A stretch of 64,000 nt of DNA, taken from contig NC_043020.1 in assembly GCF_006345805.1 (NCBI RefSeq), positions 6,882,001 through 6,946,000 on the forward strand. Reading direction: 5' to 3'. Positions 1-13,209 of this stretch are shown piece by piece (within the stretch, counting starts at the first letter, position 1; each line of letters starts with the position of its first letter). A model generated the notes under the pieces. That model made no database searches and was not told the origin of the DNA. It worked only from the letters and a program-made list of their open reading frames with translations. The position numbers and the translations under genes are program-made. This DNA comes from Octopus sinensis. Taxonomy: Eukaryota.

Positions 1-19
1 CAATTAATATATATATATA

Positions 20-139
20 TAGTGTGTGTGTGTGTTTTTGTACATTTATACATACATAAATACTTACATTAATGTATGTATGTATATGCGTGTGTGTGCA
101 TGCATATATATACTCACGCGCACACACATGTATATGCAT

Positions 140-172
<33 letters not shown>

Positions 173-301
173 CATATTTGTATTTATCTTGTTAAAAATT
201 GCATAATAACTATGTCATTATGTATGTGTGTATATGTATATGCATATATATATATATATAGTATGTATGTATATGCATACATATATATATGTATGTATGT
301 A

Positions 302-352
<51 letters not shown>

Positions 353-1320
353 ATACATATATATATGTATATGTGTGTGCATGTATATATACATATATGT
401 ATATATATATATATATGTGTGTGTATATATATATATATATATAATATATATAATGTATGTACATATTTTGAAAATTGTTTTCCACAGTGTGAATACTATC
501 TCCAACTATACATGAACTATCATCCGCACCTATATCCATCCTTTCAATTATATATTTTTTTAATCTTGTATTTCAGATTTGTTATTTTTTTTTTGTTTTT
601 TTTTTTTTTTTTTTAATGTAGAACCCATATTTTGGCAGTATAGTAGTCCAGGTGAAACGACAATGCCTCTTGTGCTACAACCTGGAGCTTTAAAAAACAC
701 CTTTTTTTTTTACTGCCATGAAACTATTTGTTAATCCATTAATGAATATATATACACTATATATACATATATATATATATACATGTATACATACATACAT
801 ATATATATACATACACACACATATATACATGTATACATACATATATATATACACACACACACAGATATATACATATATGTGTGTGTGCACTCATACACAT
901 ACGTAGTGTATATATATATATGCATATGTATGCATACACACATATCTGTATATGTGTATAAATATGAGGGTGTGTGTGTACATACATATATATGTATGTA
1001 TGTATAATGATATAATATAAATTTTCACAAACACACACACATATATATGTATGTGCACTCATATGCATATGTAGTGTATATATATATATATGCATATGCA
1101 TGTATGTGTATGTATACACACATATCTGTATATGTGTATAAATATGAAGGGGGGTGTGTGTACATACATATATATGTATATATAATATAATATAAACTAA
1201 TTTTCACACACACATACACACACGTGTGTATATGCATATTCAGTGCTTCATGCATATATATATGTGTGTATATGTGTACAAGTGTGTATACATGATATAT
1301 GCATGGATTCATATGCTTCT
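20..1320. repeat. TA/CA compound microsatellite field containing a ~180-bp tandem duplication (~885-1215)
   Basis: Alternating purine-pyrimidine repeats; catatctgtatatgtgtataaatatga recurs at 941 and 1121. Confidence 0.9.
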
Positions 1321-2240
1321 GTACTTCTTTAAACTGCAAAGAAACACGTGACCCGAGGTCAATATAAACAGACCAAAGCTATTCCTTCGACCAAACGCCT
1401 CCCCTCCTCCACCAATAACACCCCTGTCCAACCCACCCCCAAGGAAAATGCATATAAATAAACACAGACCTATCCATTTCTAAACTAATTATACTGTATT
1501 GTTTTTGTTTTATTTCTAATTAATCTCCACCCATGCCAATCCCCAAGGAGTGGGTAATTACCAGACAGGAATGGATCCAACTGAAGGCATCTAATGTCAG
1601 AATATCTAATATTAGATGAAAGAGGGTTAACCCCCACCACCACCACCAATCAGATTACTCTGTCTAATTTAATCCTTATTAATTAAAATTGTCCTTAATT
1701 AATTCTGCATTATCTCACAGATTCAAGATTTCAATGACACGACTGTTTTATTCTTAGAATGACATTGTAGGACAGGTTAGAAAGGTTGGATCTAGTCAGT
1801 TTGAACATAAAGCAGGTTGAATGTTTTGGTCAGTAATGGTCAGTTTAAATGCTAATGGGTCAACTAATGAAAAAAGTATGTATGTATGTATGTATTGGCC
1901 TACCCACCTAGCCAGTGAGATGGCATCATTTGAAGGCTACAACAATGTGAGTGCATGCTACTGACAAACCCCAACAACGCAGAAATCCCTATCTAGTAGT
2001 CTCATCACTACTACTGGGCGATTTTCATTTGCTTCTGGTAACAGGGCCAGCAATTTTGAGGGAAAGGGTAAGATGATTACTCAAACCCCAGACCCCAAAT
2101 GATACTTATTCAACTGAGCCCAGAAACATGAAAGACAAATTTAACTTTGGTGGCATTTGAACTCAGAACATAAAGAGGTGCAAGAAATTCTGCTCACATT
2201 TTGTCATCCATCACCCTAATGATTCTGTCAGCTTGCCACT

Positions 2241-2272
<32 letters not shown>

Positions 2273-2297
2273 TATTATTATTATTATTATTATTATT

Positions 2298-2557
2298 GTT
2301 TAACTTCTGAGAGTGCTCAGTCTAGTTTGTTCTGGTTGCTTCTGTCAGACAGAAGCCTGTTGTCAGAGATCTCACAGCATCTCTTTCCGCACTTAAGCTT
2401 TGATACTAGGTTGTTAATTATCATGGGAGACATTCAATATTCAAGTACCAATCTCAAATTCCAAGCTCACCCCCCCTCCAGCAGAGCAGTTTTCTGAGCT
2501 TGTTCTGCTCTCATGTCAATTCCGATTTCTCTGACATATTTCTTGAACTTGGTTGTT
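2298..2557 (-). mobile_element. 3' end of R4/Dong-clade RLE non-LTR retrotransposon, copy 1
   Basis: Minus strand reads TTKFKKYVREIGIDMRAEQAQKTALL..A..LRLVLEY*, matching the C-terminal QKxALLGTARILRxVL motif of R4/Dong elements, then a 3' UTR ending in (TAA)n. Confidence 0.75.
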
Positions 2558-2610
2558 AATTATTATTATTATTATATTATTATTATTATTATTATTATTA
2601 TATTATTATT

Positions 2611-2871
2611 GTTTAACTTCTGAGAGTGCTCAGTCTAGTTTGTTCTGGTTGCTTCTGTCAGACAGAAGCCTGTTGTCAGAGATCTCACAGCATCTCTTTC
2701 CGCACGTTAAGCTTTGATACTAGGTTGTTAATTATCATGGGAGACATTCAATATTCAAGTACCAATCTCAAATTCCAAGCTCACCCCCCCTCCAGCAGAG
2801 CAGTTTTCTGAGCTTGTTCTGCTCTCATGTCAATTCCGATTTCTCTGACATATTTCTTGAACTTGGTTGTT
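2611..2871 (-). mobile_element. 3' end of R4/Dong-clade element, copy 2 (tandem, 313-bp period)
   Basis: Identical to 2298-2557 except one inserted base (ccgcacgttaag vs ccgcacttaag); flanked by (TTA)n on both sides. Confidence 0.75.
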
Positions 2872-2907
2872 AATTATTATTATTATTAATTATTATTATT
2901 ATTATTA

Positions 2908-3320
2908 GGGTGGCAAGATGGCAGAAACGTTAGCACGCTGGGCAAAATACTTAGTGGTATTTCGTCTGTTGTTACGTTGTGAGTTCAAATTCCGCCGAGG
3001 TCGACTTTACCTTTCATCCTTTCGGGGTCGATAAATTAAGTACCAGTTACGCACTGGGGTCGATTACATCGACTTAATACCTATGTCTGTCCTTGTTTGT
3101 CCCCTCTATGTTTAGCCCTTTGTGGGTAATAAAGAAATAGGTATTTCACCTGTTGCTATGTTCTGAGTTCAAATTCTGCCGAGGTCACCTTTGTCTTTGA
3201 TCCTTTTGGGGTTGATAAATTCAATACCAGCGAAACACTGGGGTCAATGTATTTGACTAACCCGCTCCCCGACAATTTCAGGATCTGTACCTTTAGTAGA
3301 AAGGATTGCTATTATTTCTA
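2908..3320 (+). mobile_element. tRNA-derived SINE family A (Meta-domain-like), internally duplicated body
   Basis: Head ggtggcaagatggcagaaacgttagc, B-box-like gagttcaaattcc, central gcctttcatcctttcggggtcgataaattaagtaccag; body repeats after aaataggtatttc. Other copies at ~2031-2241(-), 3318-3532(-), 10490-10675, 11046-11262, 26990-27170, 37445-37662(-), 37693-37917(-), 48416-48640, 54513-54832(-). Confidence 0.85.
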
Positions 3321-3739
3321 CTATAGGCACAAGGCCTGAAATTTGGCAAGTGCGGGGTAATAAACTACATTGATCCTAACCTTCAGTTGGTGTTTATTCT
3401 ATCAACCTCCAAAAGGATGAAAGGCAAAGTTGACCTCGGCAAAAGTTAAACTCAGAATGTAAAGATGGACAAAACGCCACTAAGCATTTTCTCCGGCATG
3501 CTAATAATGATTCTGTGAGTCCACCGCCTTAAAAGCAACAACAACAACAACAAATAATGAATTATAATTATATTTGCCTCAAGAGAGGAGGAAAACAAAG
3601 CCAGAAATCCAAAACATTTTAAGCCGAACTCAGTGAAGACAACTCCCTTAAAAAGAAGTGGAAGGGTATAGAAAGAAGACTGTGATGTATGTACCAATTG
3701 GCAGCAATGTCCCATATATGTTTAATTATATATTTGTAT

Positions 3740-4466
3740 ACTTAACAAACCACTTTCCCAAAACTGTTCCTGGTTCTACTATTCAAATTAAAACCTTACA
3801 ACAAAATTTCATGTTGGTTTATATTCCAAATACTAGTTTAATTTAATAATAACAGGGTTATTTTATGAAATTCCTTAATATTTTCAAAATTAATAGAAAC
3901 AAAGATTATGTATTTTAACAGAAATATGGTAACAAAAGGGTTAAAGTGATCTTAAAATCCTTCACCAGCAGAATGGCAATGGTTAGCTGTCTAAATTCTT
4001 CGTTATCTTGGAAGTTAAGTGAAACAAATGAAATGTAATTCACCAGAAACATGGTAACAAAAGGGTTTGAAAAACCAGTTTAAAAATGATAAAGCCTTGT
4101 GAATGGATTTGGTAGACGGAAACTGAAAGAAGCCCATCGTATATATGTATATATATGTGTGTGAGTGTTTGTGTGTCTGTGTTCGTCGTCCTCTAAACAT
4201 CGCTTGACAACCAATGCTGGTGTGTTTATGCTCCTTTAACTTAGTAGTTCGACAAAAGAGACCGATAGAATAAGTACTAGGCTTACAAAGAATAGGCCCT
4301 GGGGGTCGATTTGCTCGACTAAAGGCAGTGCTCCAGCATGGCCACAGTCAAATGACTGATACAAGTAAAAGAGTAAAGAGTAACTTATTTTACTAAATTC
4401 TTCATTATTTCCAAAATTAACAGAAGACAGTATATTTCAAGAGAAATATGGTAACAAAAGGGTTAA
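3740..4466. mobile_element. Degenerate piggyBac-like MITE pieces (three right ends) interrupted by a family B SINE (~4087-4381)
   Basis: Termini ggtaacaaaagggttaa/gggtttg near 3940, 4065 and 4465 match the intact TTAA-flanked copies at 51777 and 52120. Confidence 0.6.
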
Positions 4467-4744
4467 AGACACAACTATGTTCCAGTCTGATCCCTTCTTA
4501 TTTCTTAAACTCATTTGTCTTTCAGATCTTTGATGATTTTTATCAGTTAAAAAATAATTACAAACAAACACACTTTTTTACAACTTATTTCAGAGTGTAC
4601 AAACAACGCATCTTGGGCACCATTAAAACTATGGCTATAACTATAGGACCGGTAGAATATTTGAGCTGGATACAGCTAGTTTAAATGCTAAGGGGTTAAT
4701 CATGCTAATAAGGATTAGATGGATTAATAATAATTAAAAATAAT

Positions 4745-4900
4745 GCAATATCTTGTAGCTTTGAGATTTCAATGTCTTGACAGCTTATGTTTAGAACACA
4801 ACATTGTAGGGTTTGTGTGAGAAGCCAGATCTGGCCTGTTTGAACATAGAACAAGAAGAATATTTAGGCCTGATATGATTGCTTTAAATGCTAAAGGGTT
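4745..4900. mobile_element. Second TTAA-type MITE family
   Basis: Terminus tttaaatgctaaagggttga; homologous copies at ~1690-1863, 9240-9410, 18910-19020 and 19660-19770. Confidence 0.55.
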
Positions 4901-5882
4901 GAGGAAAGATTTTCAGGGCTCGAGGCTCTTTGTGCCACCAACCTCTTAATCAGGGTATTTTAATTCCAGATGAATTTGAAAGTACAGAGTTAAGAGGAGA
5001 TCCATTAATAGGAAATGCCAGTAAAAGTCGCAGGTTATTGGGCAACCATAAATGATATCACAGTTTACAGTATGTGGCATAGTGGTGAGAGGATTCAGCT
5101 CATGATCGTAAGGTCATGAGTTCAATTCCCATCCGCACACTGTGTCACCATCTGTAGCGTAATCCACTGCAAATTTGTAACATTCACACAAAGAATCCTG
5201 CGTATGCGTGCATACAGCTATAGGCGCCATGCAAAAGCAGAGTTTGCAGTATGATGCAGTCCTTGGACTCATCGAATCCTTGTGAAACCATTCGACCCAT
5301 GCCAGCGTGAAACATGGACGTTAAATGATGATGGCAACATGTGTATTAAAAGAACAAGGTCACAGAGATTTCCAAATAAAATCAATATCAAAAAAGAAAA
5401 ATACAAACAACCAACACATCTTTTGCCGACAAATTCAAAGAAATAAATATTAAGCCACAAAACTAACAGCCGACCAAAAGAAAACAAATCAACTAGCAGA
5501 ACAAATAGTTAACAGTTCTCACCTGAAGAGTGCAAAAGCATGAAACTTTAATCATAAAATAAATATTCAAGAATGTGCATTGAGTACTATCTTCCAAATT
5601 AATTTAGCACACATTAGGTGTGTATGTATACATATGTATTTAATTACATATATTTGTGCGTGTATGTTTTATAACTTCAATGAAAGGATCAAGAAAATTA
5701 CCATACAATGAAAGTACTCAATACATTTTCAGACAGAGCAGCATATATATTTTGATTTAGACCTGACATTGGGCCAATAGTTTCATGTTCACACACATAA
5801 CTTCAAAGGGGAAATGATGGGCAAATATGTATATATATATATATATGACACAATTACCACAGAGTAATTGTCGGGTCAACAT

Positions 5883-5925
<43 letters not shown>

Positions 5926-5929
5926 TGAA

Positions 5930-6240
5930 GGCATACAGCTTAGTGGTTAGCATACTTGGCTAACAATCATAAGGCTTTGAGTTTAATTTCTAGTGGCGCA
6001 TTGGGTTCTTAAGCAAGACCCTTTATTTTATTCCCCAGAGTTCCAGTCCAAAATGAGTTGCACCTGTAATTCAAAGGAGCACTTCTTTGTCACACTATGT
6101 GTCACGCAGAATCTCCCCGAGTACTACAGTAAGGGTACATGTGTCTGTGGAGTACTCGGCCACTTGCACATTAATTTCATGAGGAGGCTGTTCCATTGAT
6201 TAATTCAACTGGAACATTCATCAAGCTAATGAAATGCCAG
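5930..6240 (+). mobile_element. tRNA-derived SINE family C
   Basis: Head gcttagtggttagc...gagtttaatttc, CORE-like cttaagcaagac, tail cagccacttgcacattaatttcatgag. Other copies at ~7985-8195, 11330-11520, 16752-17060, 25250-25400, 25836-26050, 27390-27710, 31805-31935, 57975-58170(-). Confidence 0.7.
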
Positions 6241-6266
6241 TATAGTATAGTGTGTATGTGTGTGTC

Positions 6267-6314
<48 letters not shown>

Positions 6315-6909
6315 AATACATATACATGTGTATGTATGTATATAACTTGTTTTTAAGTATATTTTTTTAGCCTTTATTTTGTGTGTGCGTGTGTGTGTAA
6401 GGGGATGTGTGTGTGTGTGTGTGCATTTTAAAAGTGTTCTCACAACTAATTTAAATACACTTGCATCTTTAACGAGGTCACATAAATAATTAATTAGAAA
6501 AAAAAACAGTTTTTTCACAAGAGACATTTCAACATCAAAAAGCAGAGAAGAAAATATTTGCAGAATACATTAGAGAACGAACGAAAAAGATTCGACTTTC
6601 ATTCCCGCTGCGTCACTGCAGCTGACGCGAGACTACTTATAGAATCAGTAGAGCAGATTCTTGCGTCACCTCTTCACAGGTGTATGTTTGTGGAGTGAGG
6701 ATCTGTTGGAAATACAGCAGATACCTTTGTGAAATCTAGTGTTGTAGGGGACCGTGTTGGGACCAGGATGATTTGTGAACACTGTGGCCCCTGTCTTAAC
6801 AGATGGTTCTTGTTTGATGCAAAGATTTTTTCAATGTGAAATTTTGAAATGTTACTCTATATAGGATGGTGGTGGTTTTATATATTGAAAAATAATTTGT
6901 ACCGTATAA

Positions 6910-7702
6910 CTTTTAATGACATACACATTCGTGCAGACACATATACTTACATACACATATATCTATATACATGCAAATACTTACATACACACACATACTT
7001 ACATACACACACATATATGCACACATATACTTACATATATACATATGTACACATATAGATCTATACATACACATATATATAAACATACATATATATACAT
7101 ACACAAACATACACATATGTATATACATACATTTACATACACACACACATATATATACATACACGCATATATATATATATACATATACACACACATATAT
7201 ACACATACATACACATATATATATACACATACATATATATATACGCACATACAAATATATATATACACACATACATACACATATATATATATACACACAC
7301 ATACATATATATATACACATACATACACACACATATATATATATACACACAAACATACACATATATATACACATACATACACACACATATATATATACAC
7401 ATACATACACATATATATATACACATACATACACATATATATATACACATACATACACATATATATATACACATACATACACATATATATACACATACAT
7501 ACACATATATATATATACACATACATACACATATATATATACACATACATACACATATATATATACATACGCATACATATATATATATACATACACATAC
7601 ATATATACATATACATATATATATAAATACACATGCATATATACACATACACATATATACATACAAATGCATATATAAACATACATATATATAAATACAT
7701 AC

Positions 7703-7733
<31 letters not shown>

Positions 7734-7736
7734 TAT

Positions 7737-7773
<37 letters not shown>

Positions 7774-7980
7774 CACACATACATAGACATATATATATAC
7801 ACATACAGACATATACATATATATATACACATACATGCATATATATACATACATGCATATATATACATACATGCATATATATACATACATGCATATATAT
7901 ATATATATTATATATATATATATATATACATACATACACATGTAAAGCATACATATGTATACGTACATATACATACGTGT
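6910..7980. repeat. ~1.1-kb TA/CA cryptic microsatellite array
   Basis: Near-strict RY alternation with recurring acacatacatacacatatatatat units. Confidence 0.95.
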
Positions 7981-8683
7981 GTGACTTTAATGGTTTGGGT
8001 TCTTCGACTCATAATGATAGGTTTGTGAGTATCATTGATACATTGTGTCCTTAAGCAAGACTCTTTATCTCACATTGCTCCACTTCACTCAGCTGGCAAA
8101 AATTAGTCACACCATTAGTCACAGGGCCAACCTTATCATATTGTGGGTATACATGTCTGTGGAGTGCTCAGCCACTTGCATGCTAATTTCACGCACAGTA
8201 TTGTGTGTATAGATTCAGATATATATATATATATATATATATATTCCCAGAGAAGTCTTTTACTACAAAATATGCAAGGGGAAAATAAATAAGGGAAGAC
8301 TGAAAGTGAGAATCGGAGATATTGTAAAATGGAACAAGAAATGGAAAGGGATTACTGACAATAAATGGCAAAAAGCTGACCAATATGAAGAAAGCTTTCA
8401 AAACAATGCCAAATCCATGAACAGTCAGAGTCAAAGAGAGGTTGCAGATAATCCTGGATTCTTCGATCGATCTCAACATGTGAAGATTTAACAGCATTAT
8501 ATATATATATTTTTTTTTTTTGTTTTAGTTTATAGTTTAAAAGTGTTCTCACAACCAATTTAAATACACTTGCATCTTTAACGAGGTCACATAAATAATT
8601 AATTAGGAAAAACAGATTTTTCACAAGAGACGTTTGAACATCAAAAAGTAGAGAAGAAAATATTTGTAAAATACATGAGAGAA

Positions 8684-9068
8684 TTTTTTTTTGTATTCGG
8701 TTTGCAAGATACTTTATGTGAATTCATGTGTTGAAGCATAAATTATTGTTTGGGGAGGGTCATTCTCTTTTAATGCCTTATTACTTGACACACACACTGG
8801 TTTGATTTTCACTCATTTTTTAATAAAATTTTCGTTGTCTTGCAACCTTTTCAATAATTGTTGACTCTGTTGCATCTTTCAACCTTTTCAGGAGTCAATG
8901 ACTGTCCATTATCAACTTACAACAGACAGAGTCAACAACTATTGAAAAGGCTGCAGGGTGCAACGAAAATTTTAGAAAAAAATAAATAAGTAAATGAGTG
9001 GAAATCAGACCAGTGAGTGTGTCAAGTAATAAGGCACTAAAAGAGAATGACCCTCCACAGACACAATA
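8684..9068. mobile_element. Long palindromic (foldback) element, copy 1
   Basis: 8744-~8870 is the reverse complement of ~8925-9068 (ggggagggtcattctctttt.../...aaaagagaatgaccctcc); same family as 19076-19364. Confidence 0.8.
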
Positions 9069-9733
9069 AAACATTAGAGAATGTATTTTACAAACCTAGC
9101 CACAACGATTTACAGACAATTCCATAGAACAGACATAAGAAAGGATGGTTATACAAAGTTTGCAACTCTGCTTTTCCTCTCAGTTCTTCGGCCCTTCAGC
9201 ATCCAGATTATATTTTATCAAACATAATACTTATTTATTCAAGGATTAATTATTGATTATCTCATAGCTTTGAGATTTCAATGATGCGGTTCTCTATTTT
9301 CTGAGAATGACATAGAGGAGTAGGTGTGAGAGGCCAGACCTGGCTGGTTTGAGGATAAGGGAGGTTGAATATCTGAGCCAAATATGGCCAGTTTAAATGC
9401 TAAAGGCCTAATTTAATACAGACAGCTTCATTCATTGTTCTGTATTGCTTTAGGACAAGTTAACTACCATTTATTGTGATTCAAAGCAGTTTTTTTTCTC
9501 AAATAGTTCTGGGTCAAACTTTGTCATATTCAGGCTAATGTTTGAGTAAGTGGACAAAAGAATGGAAGCACCATTCAATTCCTTTATCTGGGGTTGTATG
9601 TTGTATTTATTGAGCGACAAGTTGACTGAGCTTCTTGTGTTACTTAGGGTTTTGCTTTCACATGGTTGAGGAGATGGTCATCTTTTTCACACATCCATGA
9701 ACCTTTAGCAACATGAAAAGCTAAGTCAACCAG

Positions 9734-9770
<37 letters not shown>

Positions 9771-9977
9771 GATGATGATGAACATTATTTAATTCTCTGT
9801 TTGAAGAATTATTAATAGGAGATATGTTTTTTCCTCTATGTACAATTTTGTAACTCCTATTAACAAATGAAACATGTGTAATGGTGGATAAAAAACACCC
9901 AAAATTTTTTCCAATCTCCTGTTTATATAAGTTTATGTATGTAAATATATATGCATATATGTGTGTGTATGCATACA

Positions 9978-10011
<34 letters not shown>

Positions 10012-10108
10012 CAATACATACATATATATATACATACATATATATATACATACATATATATATACATACATATATAAATATGTATATATATATAAATGTA
10101 TATATATA

Positions 10109-10179
<71 letters not shown>

Positions 10180-10881
10180 TGGCTACATCTTCTTAAAACC
10201 ATCATCATTGCATTAGAATACTACTCTCACCATTAACCATCATTCTTCACCAATTCCACAGACTCTTAATACTCATTCCGCTTTCCAAAGTTTCCACTTA
10301 ACTACAGACATTTCCCAAGACATTTTTTTTTCCCCTTTCACCAAATTCCTTTGTTTCTCATTATTTTTGTTCCTCAAACCTAACAGAATCACTCATTGAA
10401 AACCACAAACCATCAGGTGCATTATATTATTCTTATCACTATTATTGTTGTTATTATTATTGTTGTTGATGTTGTTGTTGTTATGCAGCAAGCGGACAGA
10501 AAAGCGAGTGTCTTGGACAAAATGCTGAACAGCATTTCTTCCGGCGCTTTATGCTCTAAGAACAACTTTGCATTTCAGTCTTTTAGGGTCAATAAAGTGC
10601 TAGTCAAGTACTGGGGTTGATATAATCAAAGAGCCCTTCCCCTTAAAACTGCAGGCTTTGTGCCAAAATCAGAATCCATCATCATCATTATTATTATTAT
10701 TATTATTATTATGATTATTATTATCATTATCATTATAACTATTATTATGATTATTATTATTATAACTTATTATGATTATTATTATGATTATTATTATTAT
10801 AACTATTATTATGATTATTATAACTATTATTATTATAATAATGTTTTATAATAAATAATGTTTTCACCACTTGACACCATC

Positions 10882-10995
10882 AGGAGTGATACCGGAATGG
10901 ACATAGCCAATGTGAAAGTAGCGGCCCAGGATAGAACTGACTGGAGGACACTGATCCATGGAGTAACCGAGAGTCGACTTCAACTGAGCAGATAG
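10882..10995 (+). mobile_element. 3' end of RTE/BovB-like LINE with (AGAT)n tail
   Basis: Translates DTGMDIANVKVAAQDRTDWRTLIHGVTESRLQLS, matching the BovB-type C-terminus DRxxWRxxxHGVxxSRxRL. Confidence 0.75.
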
Positions 10996-12333
10996 ATAGA
11001 TAGATTATTATTATTGTTATTATCATTATTATTGTTATTATTATTAAGGTGGTGAGCTGGCAGAATTGTTAGCACGTTGGGCAAACTGCTTAGCAGCATT
11101 TGACCTGTCCCTACATTCTGAGTTCAAATTTCACTGAGGTTGACTTTGCTTTCATCCTTTCAGGATCAATGAAATAAGTATCAGTTATGCATTGGGGTCG
11201 ATGTAATCGAATAGTCCCCTTCCTGCAAAATTCCAGGCCTTGTGCCTTTAATAGAAAGGATTATTAATATTATTATTATTATAATAATAATAATAATAAT
11301 GGTAATAATAATAATAATTATTATTATGTAAGATCATGAGGTCAGTTCCCAGACATGTGTTGTGTCCTTGAGCCAAAATCTACCTGAGAACTCTACTTTC
11401 AGGAAACATGTGTCTGTGGAGTACTCAGCCACATGCACATTAATTTCATGAGCATGCTGTTCAGCTGATCGAATCAACTGAAGTATTTTGTTATAACCGA
11501 CGGAGTGCCAGTCGTGCGCGCGTGTGTGTGTGTGTGTTTATATCTCATCATTTTTACCATCTGCCTTTCCATGCTTGCATGAGCCAAATGTTATTCACCG
11601 AGGCAGATTTTTCTGCAGCTGGATGCTCTTCCTGTTGCCAAACACCACCTGTATCCAACCGAGGCAATATTTTGCCCCAGACTGGATATGTCTTCACAGA
11701 AGACAGCAAACAAAACTTCACCACTTGTATGACAGTGAAGTTTGTTTACAATTAGTAGTTCATGTCAAGAAGACAAGGGTACACACACTCAACCATATAA
11801 GGCAATCTTTATCTCCCACTTCAAGTGGGTGTTGTGTTAGAACTCAGAATACTGAGTTATTTACCTTGATAGGGCCTCACATATAGACTCGTAATGCATA
11901 AAAGCACTTGTATTTATACACTGAGAGACGAGAGCCATCTGCTACAGCTGCTGGAACAGCCAGATCACATGATTTCGTCCTGCTTGACTTCTTCAGTAGC
12001 AGGCATCCAGTAGCAACATATATATCAATTTATTAGAACATATTTAATTCCAAACAAAAACAAACTCTGTAATTGTTTCCATGCCCAGTTAATTCAATTT
12101 GAGAAATTAAATTAGATTAAAGTTTCCTAACATCTTTGGTTTTTCACTGATAAACTAGATAAAACCAGAAAACTTGGATGCTGACATCCCTTTAAGAGGA
12201 TTTCATTGCCCTGATTTAATCATATATATGTTGGTACTCTTGAGTTTCAAGCGTGATGCTAGTCATCAGCCATTTTGAATTTGTCCACTCACTCCACAAA
12301 CATGTTTGTCTACTCACAATTTGTTTGTATTTA

Positions 12334-12445
12334 TTTATCACCCGACGAGATACATCTGCACCACCGGATGCCCCTGAACCAGTTGTTGAGTGTCCCACCC
12401 AAGAGGAATCAATGCTAGATGTGTCGAAACAATTGTCGTGATGAA
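12334..12445 (+). ncRNA. Type I hammerhead ribozyme motif (Penelope-like), core variant CCGACGA
   Basis: Stem I tttatcac/gtgatgaa (8 bp); core ccgacga 12342-48; stem II gatacatct/agatgtgtc; GAAAC-AATT-GTC 12426-37. Confidence 0.75.
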
Positions 12446-12497
12446 CTAAATTCTCATATATTTCATCTTTAGTCTTTCATTTGTTATAAATATATAC

Positions 12498-12552
<55 letters not shown>

Positions 12553-13209
12553 TTATATACATCCATACACACACACAGAGGTATGTACGATGGGCTCCTT
12601 TATCAGTTTCCATCAACAGAATTCACTCAAAAAACTTTGGCAAACACATCAGGCAATGCACCCTCAAAACACACGGATGATGCAATCCTGAGATCTTTGC
12701 ACAAAGGGAGCAGATGGGATGGTCATGACTGGCATACATCTGATCATATGTCTGCACGATCAGGACTGGCCTAGGGCCGAACGACAACAATTCACTAATT
12801 CAACAACTGATCCATTTTGGTTCCATTACCGTCCTTTATATTTATATCTTTGAGGAAAGGCATGATTGATGCCACATCTTCCTATCATTTGACAGGCAGT
12901 CAACTCCGTCAATCACCCACAAAAAAGTTGACAGAACTTGTAGAACATTGGAGAACTAAATATGTATGAGGTACTTACTCAGTTGTCTCCATTTACATCG
13001 CAAGTTCAAATTTCACCAAGGGCCCACTCTGATCTTTTTTCCTTGTGGGGTTGATCAAACAAGCAGCAGGCAAGTGATGAAATAAACTGAGTTCAATATA
13101 AACTAGCTGTTGTCTGTTCTGGAGAAAGTTGCTCCAGCATGGCCACAGTCCAGTTTCTGAAATCAGTAAAAGAGTAACAGAGCGCTTGTAAAAAAAATGT
13201 TGACAGTTA

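Noticed and set aside
8306-8491. 61-aa plus-strand ORF and 102-aa hydrophobic minus-strand ORF in unique-looking sequence
   Set aside because: No recognisable domain and no paired splice sites.
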